Source: Octopus vulgaris
Lineage: Eukaryota
NCBI GenBank assembly: GCA_951406725.2
Contig: OX597833.1
Coordinates: forward strand, 39,494,001 to 39,558,000
Length of the DNA: 64,000 nucleotides
Direction: 5' to 3'
In this document: positions 52,855 through 64,000 of the stretch, piece by piece
Numbering within the stretch: position 1 is the first letter of the stretch
Layout: every line of letters begins with the position of its first letter
Translations under genes and position numbers: made by a program
The notes under the pieces: generated by a model
The model's input: only the letters and a program-made list of their open reading frames with translations
What the model was told of the DNA's origin: nothing
Database searches by the model: none

Positions 52855-54443
52855 ACTGCATCCCACATTATTAGACAAATCAACCTTCTCTCAATAAATA
52901 AATGTATAATTCATTCAAAACCATTTTTTTTTTCTACTGACTGTCAGCAACACCTATCTGTGCATATTCTGTTAAAATAAATCAGATCTGCACAGACACC
53001 AAAAAGTTGTGCCCATTTTTTTTATTGCGTAACATTTTCATTGTCACAAATTATTAGGCAAGTATAATAAAAATGATGTTTGAGTCAAAACAAACATTTA
53101 TTTAATTCAACAGTAAATGTTTAATAAAAAATTATGCTTAAAGGACTTAATGGGAAATACAGTAATACGTTTGAATGGAAATAACCATGGGATTAAGATG
53201 TCATACAACTCTTAGTGTTTGATGTATGATCTTCCACATTCAATAACCTTCCTTATGTTCTAATTCAATAAATTTGTCAAGGTGTTGATACCTCCTTATA
53301 TATTCTTATACATTCTTCTTTGAGCAGCATCTACAATAGCATCCCAGAGGGCAACTTTACTTGGAAACTGCAGTCAGTTATGGTAAATGTGCCTCTTCAG
53401 GGCACTCCACAGGGTCTTGATTGGATTTAAGAACAAGGTGGCCACTCCATCAAATGACCTCCAGAGAAGCCTATTTGCTGCAGGTATTCCTTAGAATTCT
53501 TTGCTGCATGAGATGGGGCATTATCTTGTATGATGACCAGCTTTCTCTTGAATGAAAGTTTTTGCTTTTTGAATCACAGTTGGAAATTGTCCTTTAAGAA
53601 GGTAACATATGTTTTCAACATCATCGTAATGTCATCTGGGACTTTCTATGGCCTGACCATCATACCACTAATGATGCTATCCCAAAATATGACCTGATCT
53701 CCCCCATTGTTGGTGTCTCAACCGATGAGGATGGTTCCTGCTGATTGATACCGAAACTTTACTCCTGCCTTCTGGTCCAGCAAGAGTAGCATGACATTCG
53801 TTAGTGAACAGAACTGTTGAAAAATCTATTTTAATATATTCTTCACCCATTTCAATCTTTTCTGCTCATGAACAGCATTCAGGGGGGGCCTTGTAACAGG
53901 TTTAACATTTCTGGCTACCTACTTCAAGAGGCAACACCTGGTAATTTTTGATACGTCTTCCCTGCAACAACATTTGAAGACTTCTCTATTTGTCAGGCAT
54001 GGGTTCTACACAACTTCCCTTTTCATACATAACAAAATTCGATTCAAAGCAACCCTTGACTTACCCTTGTCTGCCCTCAACCGAAATAAGAGACTGTGCA
54101 AATTTCTTCACTGTTCAGTGATCTCTTCCCAGTATTTCTATGGTTGTTTTTCCTTTTCTAAGCTCTGACACGATGGTAGACTTCTCATTCGAGGTAAGAT
54201 CACATTTCTAACCCATAACGACAAGTTAGGCACCTGCCTAATAATTTGAGACAGCAGAAATGTTGCTACTACACAATAGTGGCTGCTGTTTGTTTTCGTT
54301 TGTGCAGATCCGATTCATTTTAACAGAATGTGCATAGGTAAGTGTTGCCAATAGTCAGTGGTTGGGAAAACAACTGGTTTTGAACAAATACACATTTATT
54401 TATTGAGAAAAGATTGGTTTGTCAAATAATGCGGAACACAGTG
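52855..54443 (-). mobile_element. Disabled Tc1-like transposon with ~210-bp TIRs, DD37E (TRT)-like
   Basis: Long diverged TIRs with an internal repeat (attattagacaa / attattaggcaa). VLFTNECHATLAGPEG...QVIFWDSII...IQDNAPSHAAKNSKEYLQQIGFSGGHLMEWPPC..LNPIKTLW. Confidence 0.88.
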
Positions 54444-54447
54444 TGCG

Positions 54448-54482
<35 letters not shown>

Positions 54483-55429
54483 CCTTAAATCCTTAAAAAT
54501 GTTTCAGCCCGAAGGCTGCGGCCATGCTGGGGCACCACCGCTGAAAGGCAAAGTTGGACCCCGGCGGAATTTGAACTCAGAACGTAAAGACGGATGAAAA
54601 GACCCTAAGCATTTCGCCCAGCATGCTAACGATTCTGCCATATATAATCATGCATACACACATTCATATACCCATCCACTCTCAACTTCCCCACTTCATG
54701 ATTCTTGCCTCATCCACCCTTCAGCCCAACCTGTTTTGGCAGTCTGTCTCCCCTACCCTCATTTATCTTCCTATGCAGTCTTACAAAGCATTTGCCCACC
54801 CTTTACTATTCAGTTTGTGCCTAATGAGGACACTTAGGCACCTTATCGACATTATATATGGCTTGTAGCTCCTTCTGATCATTTCTCTCTCTTCTATCCC
54901 ACCTCTTCCTCAACTAGATGTGTCAGGCTCACAATCATGAGGTAGTGAGCTCGATTCTTAGATCAGGCTGTGTGTTGTGCTCTTCTTGAGCAAGATACTT
55001 TACTTCACATTGCTCCAGTTCACTCAGCTGTAGAAATGAATTGCAACATCACTGGTGTCAAGCTGTTTTGGCTTTTTCTTTTCCCTTGGATAACATCGGC
55101 ATTCTTCTGTCCATTTATTCCTACAGTTCATCCTATTTCCAAACCAATCATATCCTACACCAAAATATTAGAGAATATTACTTAATTGAGTGATTGAGTG
55201 ATTGATTGGCTGATTGATTGATTGAATGATTGAGTGATTAATTGATTGGTTCTTTCAATGGCCACTCTGGTTCTTCAGAAACTACAGGAACAAAGAACAT
55301 TCATTTTTCATTGCTGGGTCATTATTTTCAAATCTCTGTAATTGAAATGGCTTTTTTGTTGTGGTTGTGAATACAATTTATGATCAAAGACAATCTTCAC
55401 ATGATCTTCCAGTCATTTTAGAATTATTT

Positions 55430-55840
55430 AGCATAAGCCAAGTGAAATCATAGTCGTAGCCGATGCTGGTGTCATGTAACTGACACCCATGTCAGTGACA
55501 CCTTTCAAAAAGTACATAAAAAGCACCTTTCCAGCTTTGGGCCTCACAAAGGCAATGACAAATGGTCAAGACCTTTGGCAATATGCTGTGATTGAGAAGA
55601 AGAATCAAGCTAATTGAAATCGTAGTCATGGCAGATATTGGTGTCACACAACTGGCACTCATACTGGTGGCACATAAAAGCGCCCATTACACTTTTGGAG
55701 TGGTAGGTGTTAGTAAGAGCATCCAGCTGTAGAAACCATGCCAAATCAGACTAGAATCTGGTGCAGTCCCTCAGCTTACTGGCCCTGGTCAAACAGTCCA
55801 ACCCACACCAGCAGGGACAACGGACATTAAATGATGATGA
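55430..55840 (+). mobile_element. SINE family D with an internally duplicated 5' block
   Basis: Family similarity and (GAT)n tail. Confidence 0.75.
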
Positions 55841-56364
55841 TGGGGATCTTGTAGTATTCTCAAATGCACAAGTTTTCATCTCGGTGTCCAATTTCACATT
55901 TCACTCCTATAACCTTGTTACATTGTAACTGTATTATCCGGTAAGAAATTTGCTTCCTAACCATGTGCTTTAGTGTTCAGTTCCACTGTGCCATACTCTG
56001 GGTAAGCATCTTCTATGATAGCCTCAAGACAATCAAAGCTTTGTGAGTGACTTTGATTGATGGAAACTGAAAAAATGTATATGTATATGTATATATGTAA
56101 TTGTTTGTGTGCATGTGCGTGTTGCTGTCTCTTTGTCTTGACATTGTGTGATAGATGTGAGTTTCACCATCATGTAAATGGTGCCCTTCATTTCCAAACT
56201 TCCTTAAAAACATCTTAAGCATTTGGAAATTTTACCTTCCTTGGGAACAGGTGAAAGTTAGCAGGAAGGGCGTCCAGTCATAGAAAATCCATCTCAACAA
56301 ATTCCATCTGACCCATGCGAACATGAAAAAGTAGATGTTAAATCAATGATGTGTGTACATATGA

Positions 56365-56395
<31 letters not shown>

Positions 56396-57135
56396 TGTAT
56401 GTATGTATGTATGTATGTATGTGTGTATGTATGCAAGCATGCATTCATGTATGTGCATATTCATAATTCAAAAAAGAGTCACTATCTTTTTCTTCTACAA
56501 CTGCCAACTCTGATGAGTACAAGGCTACAGATATGTTCAACTGCATGTTAATGCATTTGAACATCCAGTGTGAAGCAGATTGCTAAGATTGGGCATAATG
56601 GTTATATTATATTGTACACTTCAATTATTTGTATATATATATATATATAAAGTGAGAGAGAACTACATTGTCCAATGTTCCCTTCTATTTTTAAGAGGGT
56701 AGTGTATAATTTTAGTCAATTGGACTGATTGCTATTTTGAACAGGTTGAGTAATGACTTAAAACTTGCCTTACTAGCTTGGTTCTTCTCTTGTTATAGTT
56801 GTTGCTGTTGTTGTTCTCATTGCTGCTGCTGCTGCTGCTGCAGTTGTTGCTATTACTGACATCCAGATAAGAGAGATGAATGATGAAGAAAGGTGCCAAA
56901 CACCCTCATTTAGCAAATAAGATGAAATATAGAATGTAAAAGTGAAGAATAGTAGCAGCAGCAGCAGTAGTAGCAGCAGCAGTTATGTGTTAGAGATATG
57001 GGATGTGGATAATAAATCTTTCTCCCAACTCAACTTTTCCAATCTTGTTGAAACAAACAACTGCATTAGTATTCAATCTGGTGATCCACTATTTCAATCC
57101 CACCCCCATAATAATAATAATGATAATAATAATAA

Positions 57136-57180
<45 letters not shown>

Positions 57181-57285
57181 TGATTATGATGATGATAACA
57201 ACAATAATAATAACAACAACATTATTATTATCATCATCGTCATCATCATCATCATAATTATCATCATTATTATTATTATCATTAT

Positions 57286-57516
57286 TAAGGTGATGAGCTA
57301 GCAGAAGCGTTAGCACGCCAGACAAAATGCCGTTAAGTATTTTGTCCGTTATTATTTTCTGAGTTCAAAATCCACCTAGGTTGACTTTACCTTTCAACCT
57401 TTTGGGGTCATTGAAATAAGTATCACTTACATACTAAGGTTGATGTAATCAACTAGTCCCCTTCCACGAAAGTTCAGGCCTTGTGCCTATAATAGAAAGG
57501 ATTATTATTAATACTA

Positions 57517-57561
<45 letters not shown>

Positions 57562-57770
57562 TTATTATTAAGGTGATGAGCTGGCAGAAACATTAGCATG
57601 CCGGACAAAATGCCTCTGTCTTTATGTTTTTAGTTGAAATTCTGCTGAGGCCAACTACCTTTTGACCTTTCAAGGTTTATAAGATAAATATCAGTTAAGC
57701 ACTGAGATCAATGTAATCGACTTAACCCTCTCCCACAAACTTTCCAGCCCTGTTCCTACAGTAGAAAAAA
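57286..57770 (+). mobile_element. Two tandem SINE B copies (57286-57500, 57570-57770) separated by (ATT)n
   Basis: aaggtgatgagct(a/g)gcagaa heads. Confidence 0.85.
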
Positions 57771-57805
57771 TTATTATCATTATTATTATTATTATTATTA
57801 TTATT

Positions 57806-58359
57806 GAGTGAGAGAGCAGTTCATGCCATCAAAGTGACACTGGGGTAAAATATACGAAGCCCAATATACCCATCATGACTACCCGTCTGATAAGGGTACA
57901 TCAGGCACATGCATCACAACCATATGTGCGCGACATGGTGATCTCATATCAAGGTAAACAGCGCATGACCTTGCAGGTGGGGCCCAGTTAGAATTTTCTT
58001 CAGGTTGAGTAGCCCATCCCGCTCAAAAGGTTCCTGAATAAGGGTTGTTTAAGGATGTTGAAAGAACCACCCATGTTTCCAGAGGTGAATTATTCAAACC
58101 CCAAAGAATCCCTCTCAACACATGGCTATGATGCTCCCCCACTACTACTGCTCGTGATCAGAGATGCACATATCGTCAGCCACTAAGGGACATGCTCAAC
58201 TGGTTAAAGTCAAACAACTGACAAGCAAATCTGTGGTATTGAGCAGAACATTTTCTGTAGCCCATCTTTTATACCAAGACAAAGCAATGTACATGATAAC
58301 ACCTCCAATCAGTTAAGATCAGAAGCCATGAGAGCCACTGCCTGGTACTGCATCAGGGC

Positions 58360-58360
<1 letters not shown>
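57806..58360. mobile_element. 555-bp non-coding element cleanly inserted in (ATT)n
   Basis: Sharp boundaries with pure (ATT)n on both sides, higher GC, retained CpGs, no listed ORF. Confidence 0.7.
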
Positions 58361-58401
<41 letters not shown>

Positions 58402-58624
58402 GGTGATGACCTGGCAGAATCGTTAGCACACCAGGTTAAATGCTTAGTGGCATTTTGTCTGTTTTTGTGTTCTGAATTCAATTTCCAATAAGGGTGGCTT
58501 ACAGTTGAAGACACTTGCCAAGGTGCCATGCACTGGGACTGAACCTGGAACTATGTGGTTGTGAAGCAAGCTTCTTATCAAACAGCCACTCCTGCACCTG
58601 CAGTATATATATGTACATATATTT

Positions 58625-59223
58625 ATCTTTTCTTTCACTTGTTTTAGTCATTAGAGTGTGGCCATGCTAGAGCAAGACATAGAAGAATTTTTTTTTAGTG
58701 AAATGAATCATCCCAAGTACATAGGTTTTTTAAAAAAAACAGCCTGGTACTTATTCTATTGATCTCTTTTGCTGAACTGCTAAGTTGTGGGGATGTAAAT
58801 ACGCCAGTACCAGTTATTAAGCAGTGGAGGGGGAGAAACACAGACACAAACACACACTCACAAATGCATATACATGACAGGCTTCTTTCAGTTTCCATCT
58901 ACCAAATCCACTCAGAAGTCTTTAGTTGACCTGAGGCTATAGCAGAAGACACTTGCCCAAGGTGTCATGCAGTGGGACTAAACCTGGAACCTGGTAGTTG
59001 GGAAGCAAGCTTCTTATATACATCTATACTTGTACTTATATATTATATTTATACACATATAGGTGCAGGAGTGACTGTGTGGTAAGTAGCTTGCTTACCA
59101 ACCACATGATTCCCGGTTCAGTCCCACTGCATGGCACCTTGGGCAAGTGTCTTCTACTATAGCCTCGGAACGACCAAAGCTTTGTGAGTGGATATGATAG
59201 ACGGAAACTGAAAGAAGCCTGTC

Positions 59224-59308
<85 letters not shown>

Positions 59309-59560
59309 GTATGTATGTATGTATGTATGTATGTATGTATGTATGTATGTGTGTGTTTGTGTGTCTGTGTTTGTCCCCCCAACATCGCTTGACAACCGAT
59401 GCTAGTATGTTTACGTCCCCATAACTTAGCAGTTCAGCAAAAGAGACCGATAGAATAAGTTCTAGGCTTACAACAAATAAGTCCTGGCATCGATTTTCTC
59501 AACTAAAGGTGGTGCTCCAGCATGGCCACAGTCAATAACTGAAACAAGTAAAAGAATAAA
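58625..59560. mobile_element. Head-to-head inverted SINE A pair (58625-59030 minus, 59061-59560 plus)
   Basis: Family similarity in opposite orientations. Confidence 0.85.
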
Positions 59561-60449
59561 AGTGTAAAGAGAGTAAGAGTATATATGTTTGCGTGTGTGT
59601 GTGTGTGTGAGTGTGCATGCACGCACATGCATGTGTGTGTGAATAGGCACACACACACATACACATGCACATGTGTGTGTTTTGTTCTCCAATCAGTGAA
59701 ATTGCCACATAATAAGATTCTAAAGTGCTAAGTGAATCACTAAAAAGAGTCTTGTCTTCCTCATTTTTCTTAAATTTCTTATTTAACCATATTATATATA
59801 GGCATTACATTCTTATTCTCCTCAAAGATTTATTTATTTATTCCACAGACATTTCCATATTTTACTCGATGGAAAAAAAAAATTCCTGTTATTTCAATTA
59901 AAGTTCCCTTTGTTATTTATGCAAATATATAAGTAAACCTTTGAATGCCCTCCAGCATTTTTCATCTGCCAGAGGCAATTTAAAGCTCTTGTATTGGCAA
60001 ATCTTCAAGTTATATATAACCAGCCTTCATAATCCCACTTCACCTCACCTTCAGAAATAAACATATGCATAAATATTTATTCATTTGCTTAGCATTTCAT
60101 GTTATTTTTGAGATTAATTTGTTAAATTTTTATTCCTTCTTTCGGCATGTTTATTGAGTAATCTAAACACATACACACAAACACTTATACGCACCACACA
60201 CAATTTACATAATTACATATTTTATCCTTTTTTTTTCATCAGTATCTAGTACCCTTTACCACACCTTCCACATCCTTCAATTTTAATTTCAAGAGATAAG
60301 TTAAAAGAGATAATTTACTTGTAGTATGATTAATAATCAGAGTGATTTACAAGTAGTTAGTTTTTAGTTTAGTCTCAGTACAGTGCTCCTTGTTGTGAGT
60401 GAGTTTGGTAGACAGAAACTGTGTGGAAGCCCATTATATATGTTGCAGT

Positions 60450-60620
60450 ATTGTAGCAGCTTGGGTTTCAGGGGGCCACAACTGAATAACGTCCTGCCAA
60501 GGAAACTAAGGCATCTGCAGCAAAGATGCAGAAATGTTCAAAAAGCACCAGGACAAATTTCTAACTGAAATCCCAGATGAACCCATGTCACAGCAGGAAG
60601 CCCCAAAGAAGGGTAACTCT
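60450..60620 (+). mobile_element. CR1/L2-group LINE 3' fragment
   Basis: SLGFRGPQLNNVLPRKLR...FK..DKFLTEIPDEP resembles the ORF2 C-terminus. Confidence 0.6.
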
Positions 60621-60747
60621 GTCTAACTTGCTTCTTCACTAAAAACAGTACAGAAAGTAGACCCTAAGATGCTGAAAGGCAGTACTCCAGCATGGCCCCA
60701 GCCTCAGGCTGAAACCACTAAGAGAATAAAAGAATATATATACATAC

Positions 60748-60795
<48 letters not shown>

Positions 60796-60909
60796 GTATA
60801 TATACATTTATACATGTACACACACACATACATATATATATTATATATATATAGATATATATATATATGTATTATAGTTTATTATATATATACATATATT
60901 TATTATATT

Positions 60910-61176
60910 TAATGTAGGATAAAAGATTTTCGAAAAAAATTGTATCAATGGCCAGCATATTAAGAAATATCTTTAAAGGTTAAATTTATAAACAACTTAT
61001 AAATAAGGGCAAACGTAAAAATTTCGATATGGTAATAATGGAATTTTTTAGAAATTTCTGTCGGCCTTTTTTGAGTAGCGTGCGTATTGTGAAAAAATTA
61101 TATGGTTATGGACAAAGTGTCTAATTTCGGCATATTTGGCATTAGAGATTTTTTCGTTTGCCCTTATTTATAAGTT
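60910..61176. mobile_element. TA-inserted MITE with long TIRs, right TIR truncated
   Basis: aacttataaataagggcaaacg (60994) / cgtttgcccttatttataagtt (61155). The complete right TIR is seen in the 14480 copy. Confidence 0.7.
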
Positions 61177-61663
61177 ATATTTATTATATATATATAATGT
61201 ATGTACATACACACATATGTATATACATTTTGCTGTTTTAAGGATTCTGTTTTCTAGTACAAATTTGAGTAGTCTTATTGCTTTTTTTGTTGTTTGGTTT
61301 AATATTCAGTAACTGTTTATGGTATTTAATTAGTTTTATATGGAAATTTTATATATCTGTTTTTATTTATTACATCAAAGGTTTTAATGACATTAGAATT
61401 ATTGAGCTAGATTGTAATTAGTTAGTAAGTTCTAGTGATCTTGTGGCATATAGCTATCTGTTTGTTTATCTATCTTTCTGTCTGCCTATCTGTCTGTCTA
61501 TCTATCAGTCTATGTATCTGTCTGTCTGTCCATCTATCTATCAATCTATGTATGTGTACACATTTTTATAAATACGTACATGCATATATATATATATATT
61601 CTTATCTATATAGCTAGCTATCTAGCTGTATAGATACATATATACGTATGCATGTACTTATAT

Positions 61664-61960
61664 AGGGAGAATTTTCAAAAAAAAGCAAAAGACGAAGACA
61701 GGTGGTGTAGACAACAAATAGATGTATTAGTATAATGCTCGGGAAATGAAAAAGTCTTTAACGTTTTGAGCCTATGCTCTTCCACAGAAAGAAACAAGGA
61801 GAGAAAATAAAGAATGTGTAGTGGCTAACAATCTATCATGGCAAATACCAGACAGAAGGGTCAAACAGGAGGGCTAGGGGCAGAAGGGGAGATAATAAAG
61901 TAGTGGTAATCCCGAAACGAAGGTGTGCATGCATGTGCATAAGAGAGTTTGTACATGCAT
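61664..61960 (-). mobile_element. Penelope pLTR-like fragment with a hammerhead vestige at 61755-61792
   Basis: Minus strand tcttt-ctgtgga-a-gagc-atag-gctc-aaaa-cg-tt-aaaga. Confidence 0.6.
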
Positions 61961-62195
61961 GTGGAAGAGGGCTGGTGATCTTGATGTGTGCATGCTTGTG
62001 TGTTGTGATGTGATGTATTGTGTGGTATTGTGGTGTAAGGTGTAGTGGTGTGTGGTGTGGTGTGATGGTATTGGGAGGTGGGGGAGGCGAGAGTGGGGAA
62101 AGTAAGGGTGGGGTATATATATATATGTTATTTACATTATTTACATTTGACAGATATTTGTCCTCATCTTGTATGTTGTTAACACAACATTTCGG

Positions 62196-62500
62196 TGTTG
62201 GACGATTTGACTGAAGTCTAGTGAACCAGATGGCTGCACCAGACTCCAATCTGATCTGGCAGAGTTTCTACAACTGGATGCCCTTCCTAACGCCAACCAC
62301 TCCGAGAGTGTAGTGGGTGCTTTTACGTGCCACTGGCACGAGGGCCAGTCAGGCAGTACTGGCAATGGCCACGCTCAAATGGTGTTTTTTTTATGTGCCA
62401 CCTGCACGGAGACCAGCTTGTTGCTCTGGCAATGATCTCACTTGTATGGTACACTTAGCGCTCCACTAGCATGGATGCCAGTCATCGAATTTGATTTCGA
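62196..62500 (-). mobile_element. SINE family D
   Basis: Similar to 43450-43795. Confidence 0.8.
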
Positions 62501-62513
62501 TTGTATGCATATA

Positions 62514-62597
<84 letters not shown>

Positions 62598-62649
62598 GAT
62601 GATGATGATGATGATTATATATATATATATATTGTATATATATAATGTA

Positions 62650-62682
<33 letters not shown>

Positions 62683-62688
<6 letters not shown>

Positions 62689-63282
62689 CAATATTAAGGA
62701 ATGGCCCTGATAGGCCATTCGACCCACTAGAAAGAGCAGTCAAACTCAAACCGCTAAATAGTTGTAATTCTGAAATCAAAGGAGAAATAAAGAACCTTTA
62801 CCCTTATCATCTTTGGACTATGCATAGTTTCGATACTTTGATAAACCCATTAAATTAAATTTAATTTAATTTGTTTACATCTGGCCTGTCTCGTCAGCAA
62901 AGAAGCCAAGGAAAATATTCATCCACGAGGCGACACCAGTGACGCCTCGAGTCTATATACTCTAAATTTTCAAAATCCACCGTCACCGCGCTATTTTCTC
63001 AGCAGCAACTATAAACTGCTGATATAATTTCAAAATTATCCAAAAAGTCATCAATTAATCAATATAAGGGTAGCAAAAAATTCAAGAAAAATTATTCGCC
63101 ACCAGCGGTCTAGTGAAAAAGAGAAATAGTCACAGACTATATATATATAAATTCAACAATATTAAGGAATGGCCCTTATAGGCCATTCGACCCACTAGAA
63201 AGAGCAGTCAAACTCAAACCGCTAAATAGTTGTAATTCTGAAATCAAAGGAGAAATAAAAAAACATTTACCCTTATCATCTT

Positions 63283-63284
<2 letters not shown>
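62683..63284 (-). mobile_element. Hammerhead-containing partial-tandem retroelement (candidate non-LTR retrozyme or non-autonomous Penelope derivative)
   Basis: 133/134-bp direct repeats at 62683-62815 and 63151-63284 (period 468). (TA)n flanks, no ORF, internal hammerhead. The boundary at 63284 coincides with the cleavage-site position. Confidence 0.85.
62810..62903 (-). ncRNA. Type I hammerhead ribozyme with intact catalytic core
   Basis: UCUUUG-CUGACGA-G..(long stem II)..C-GAAA-CUAUGCAUAG-UC^-CAAAGA. 6-bp stem I, canonical CUGANGA/GAAA core, G10.1-C11.1 pair, GUC cleavage triplet, palindromic stem III. Confidence 0.88.
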
Positions 63285-63321
<37 letters not shown>

Positions 63322-63324
<3 letters not shown>

Positions 63325-63410
63325 GAATCAAAACAGTTTGATTCAAGCTCCTTAGTATGCTTGAAACTCATGAGTACCAATGAATTTAAATCAAACTGTT
63401 TTGATCCATA
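63322..63410. repeat. Short foldback with a hammerhead stem III remnant (gaaa-ctcatgag-ta)
   Basis: Arms tatgaatcaaaacagtttgatt / aatcaaactgttttgatccata. Remnant at 63363-63376. Confidence 0.7.
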
Positions 63411-63520
63411 CATATAACTCCCAATAAATTTGTTAAGTGTCCTTCTTTCGTTTGTCCACTCACTCATGTATATATATATGAGTATGTATGTGTGTGTGTG
63501 TATAAGTATGTATATGTGTA

Positions 63521-63579
<59 letters not shown>

Positions 63580-64000
63580 ACATGTGTGTAATTGCATCTT
63601 TGCCTATATGTTCCTTATTTTCCACTTCTGCCATTTTGCTGCAGTTCCAACACCATTTACCAATTTTTCCCTACGAATTCTTTAATCTAGCAGCATTGCT
63701 TCCCCACCTTCCATAACCGACCCATCTTGTTTGGCAAGCCTTCTATTCTTCAAATAAATTCCTCATATCCACTTTCAGCTCCAATTTCCTCACTCTTAGG
63801 CACAGTGAGTAAGCAACAAAACATTATTATTCTAAAGTCCTTAAGGCAAGTTAATTTTACCGTTTCTCCAAACTTCATATTGATTAATTTTGGCTGACAC
63901 AGACTGTCACCATTTTCCTTGGAATCTGGAATTCAGTCTGCTCTAATGTTATATTAATAAAGCAATTAGTTATTGTTGATTTTGGAATTTGCTATGAAGG

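Noticed and set aside
58270-58360. HDV-like ribozyme at the minus-strand start of the TAA-inserted element
   Set aside because: P1- and P4-like stems can be drawn, but the canonical P3/L3, P1.1 and catalytic J4/2 are not present.
62683-63284. LTR retrotransposon or TRIM interpretation of the direct repeats
   Set aside because: No TG..CA ends, primer-binding site or polypurine tract; the repeat boundary is instead explained by the ribozyme cleavage site.

Overview
AT-rich, microsatellite-saturated animal DNA. The SINE families and repeat landscape match what I recall of octopus (cephalopod) genomes, but that assignment is by recognition, not by search. No host protein-coding gene can be supported: nearly all listed ORFs are microsatellite translations or decayed transposon frames, so the window is intronic or intergenic. 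It holds several (TAA)n-inserted R4/Dong-clade LINE fragments, RTE/CR1/Penelope remnants, three Tc1/mariner fossils (DD37D maT-like, DD34D mariner, DD37E TRT-like), MITEs, four SINE families and many foldback palindromes. The strongest finding is a 602-bp non-coding element at 62683-63284, inserted in (TA)n. It consists of one ~469-nt monomer plus a 133-nt repeat and carries an intact type I hammerhead ribozyme on the minus strand (62810-62903). Its 5' boundary falls exactly on the predicted self-cleavage site, so it is a candidate retrozyme or Penelope-dependent, circRNA-forming retroelement. Decayed hammerhead motifs recur in at least six other small elements.
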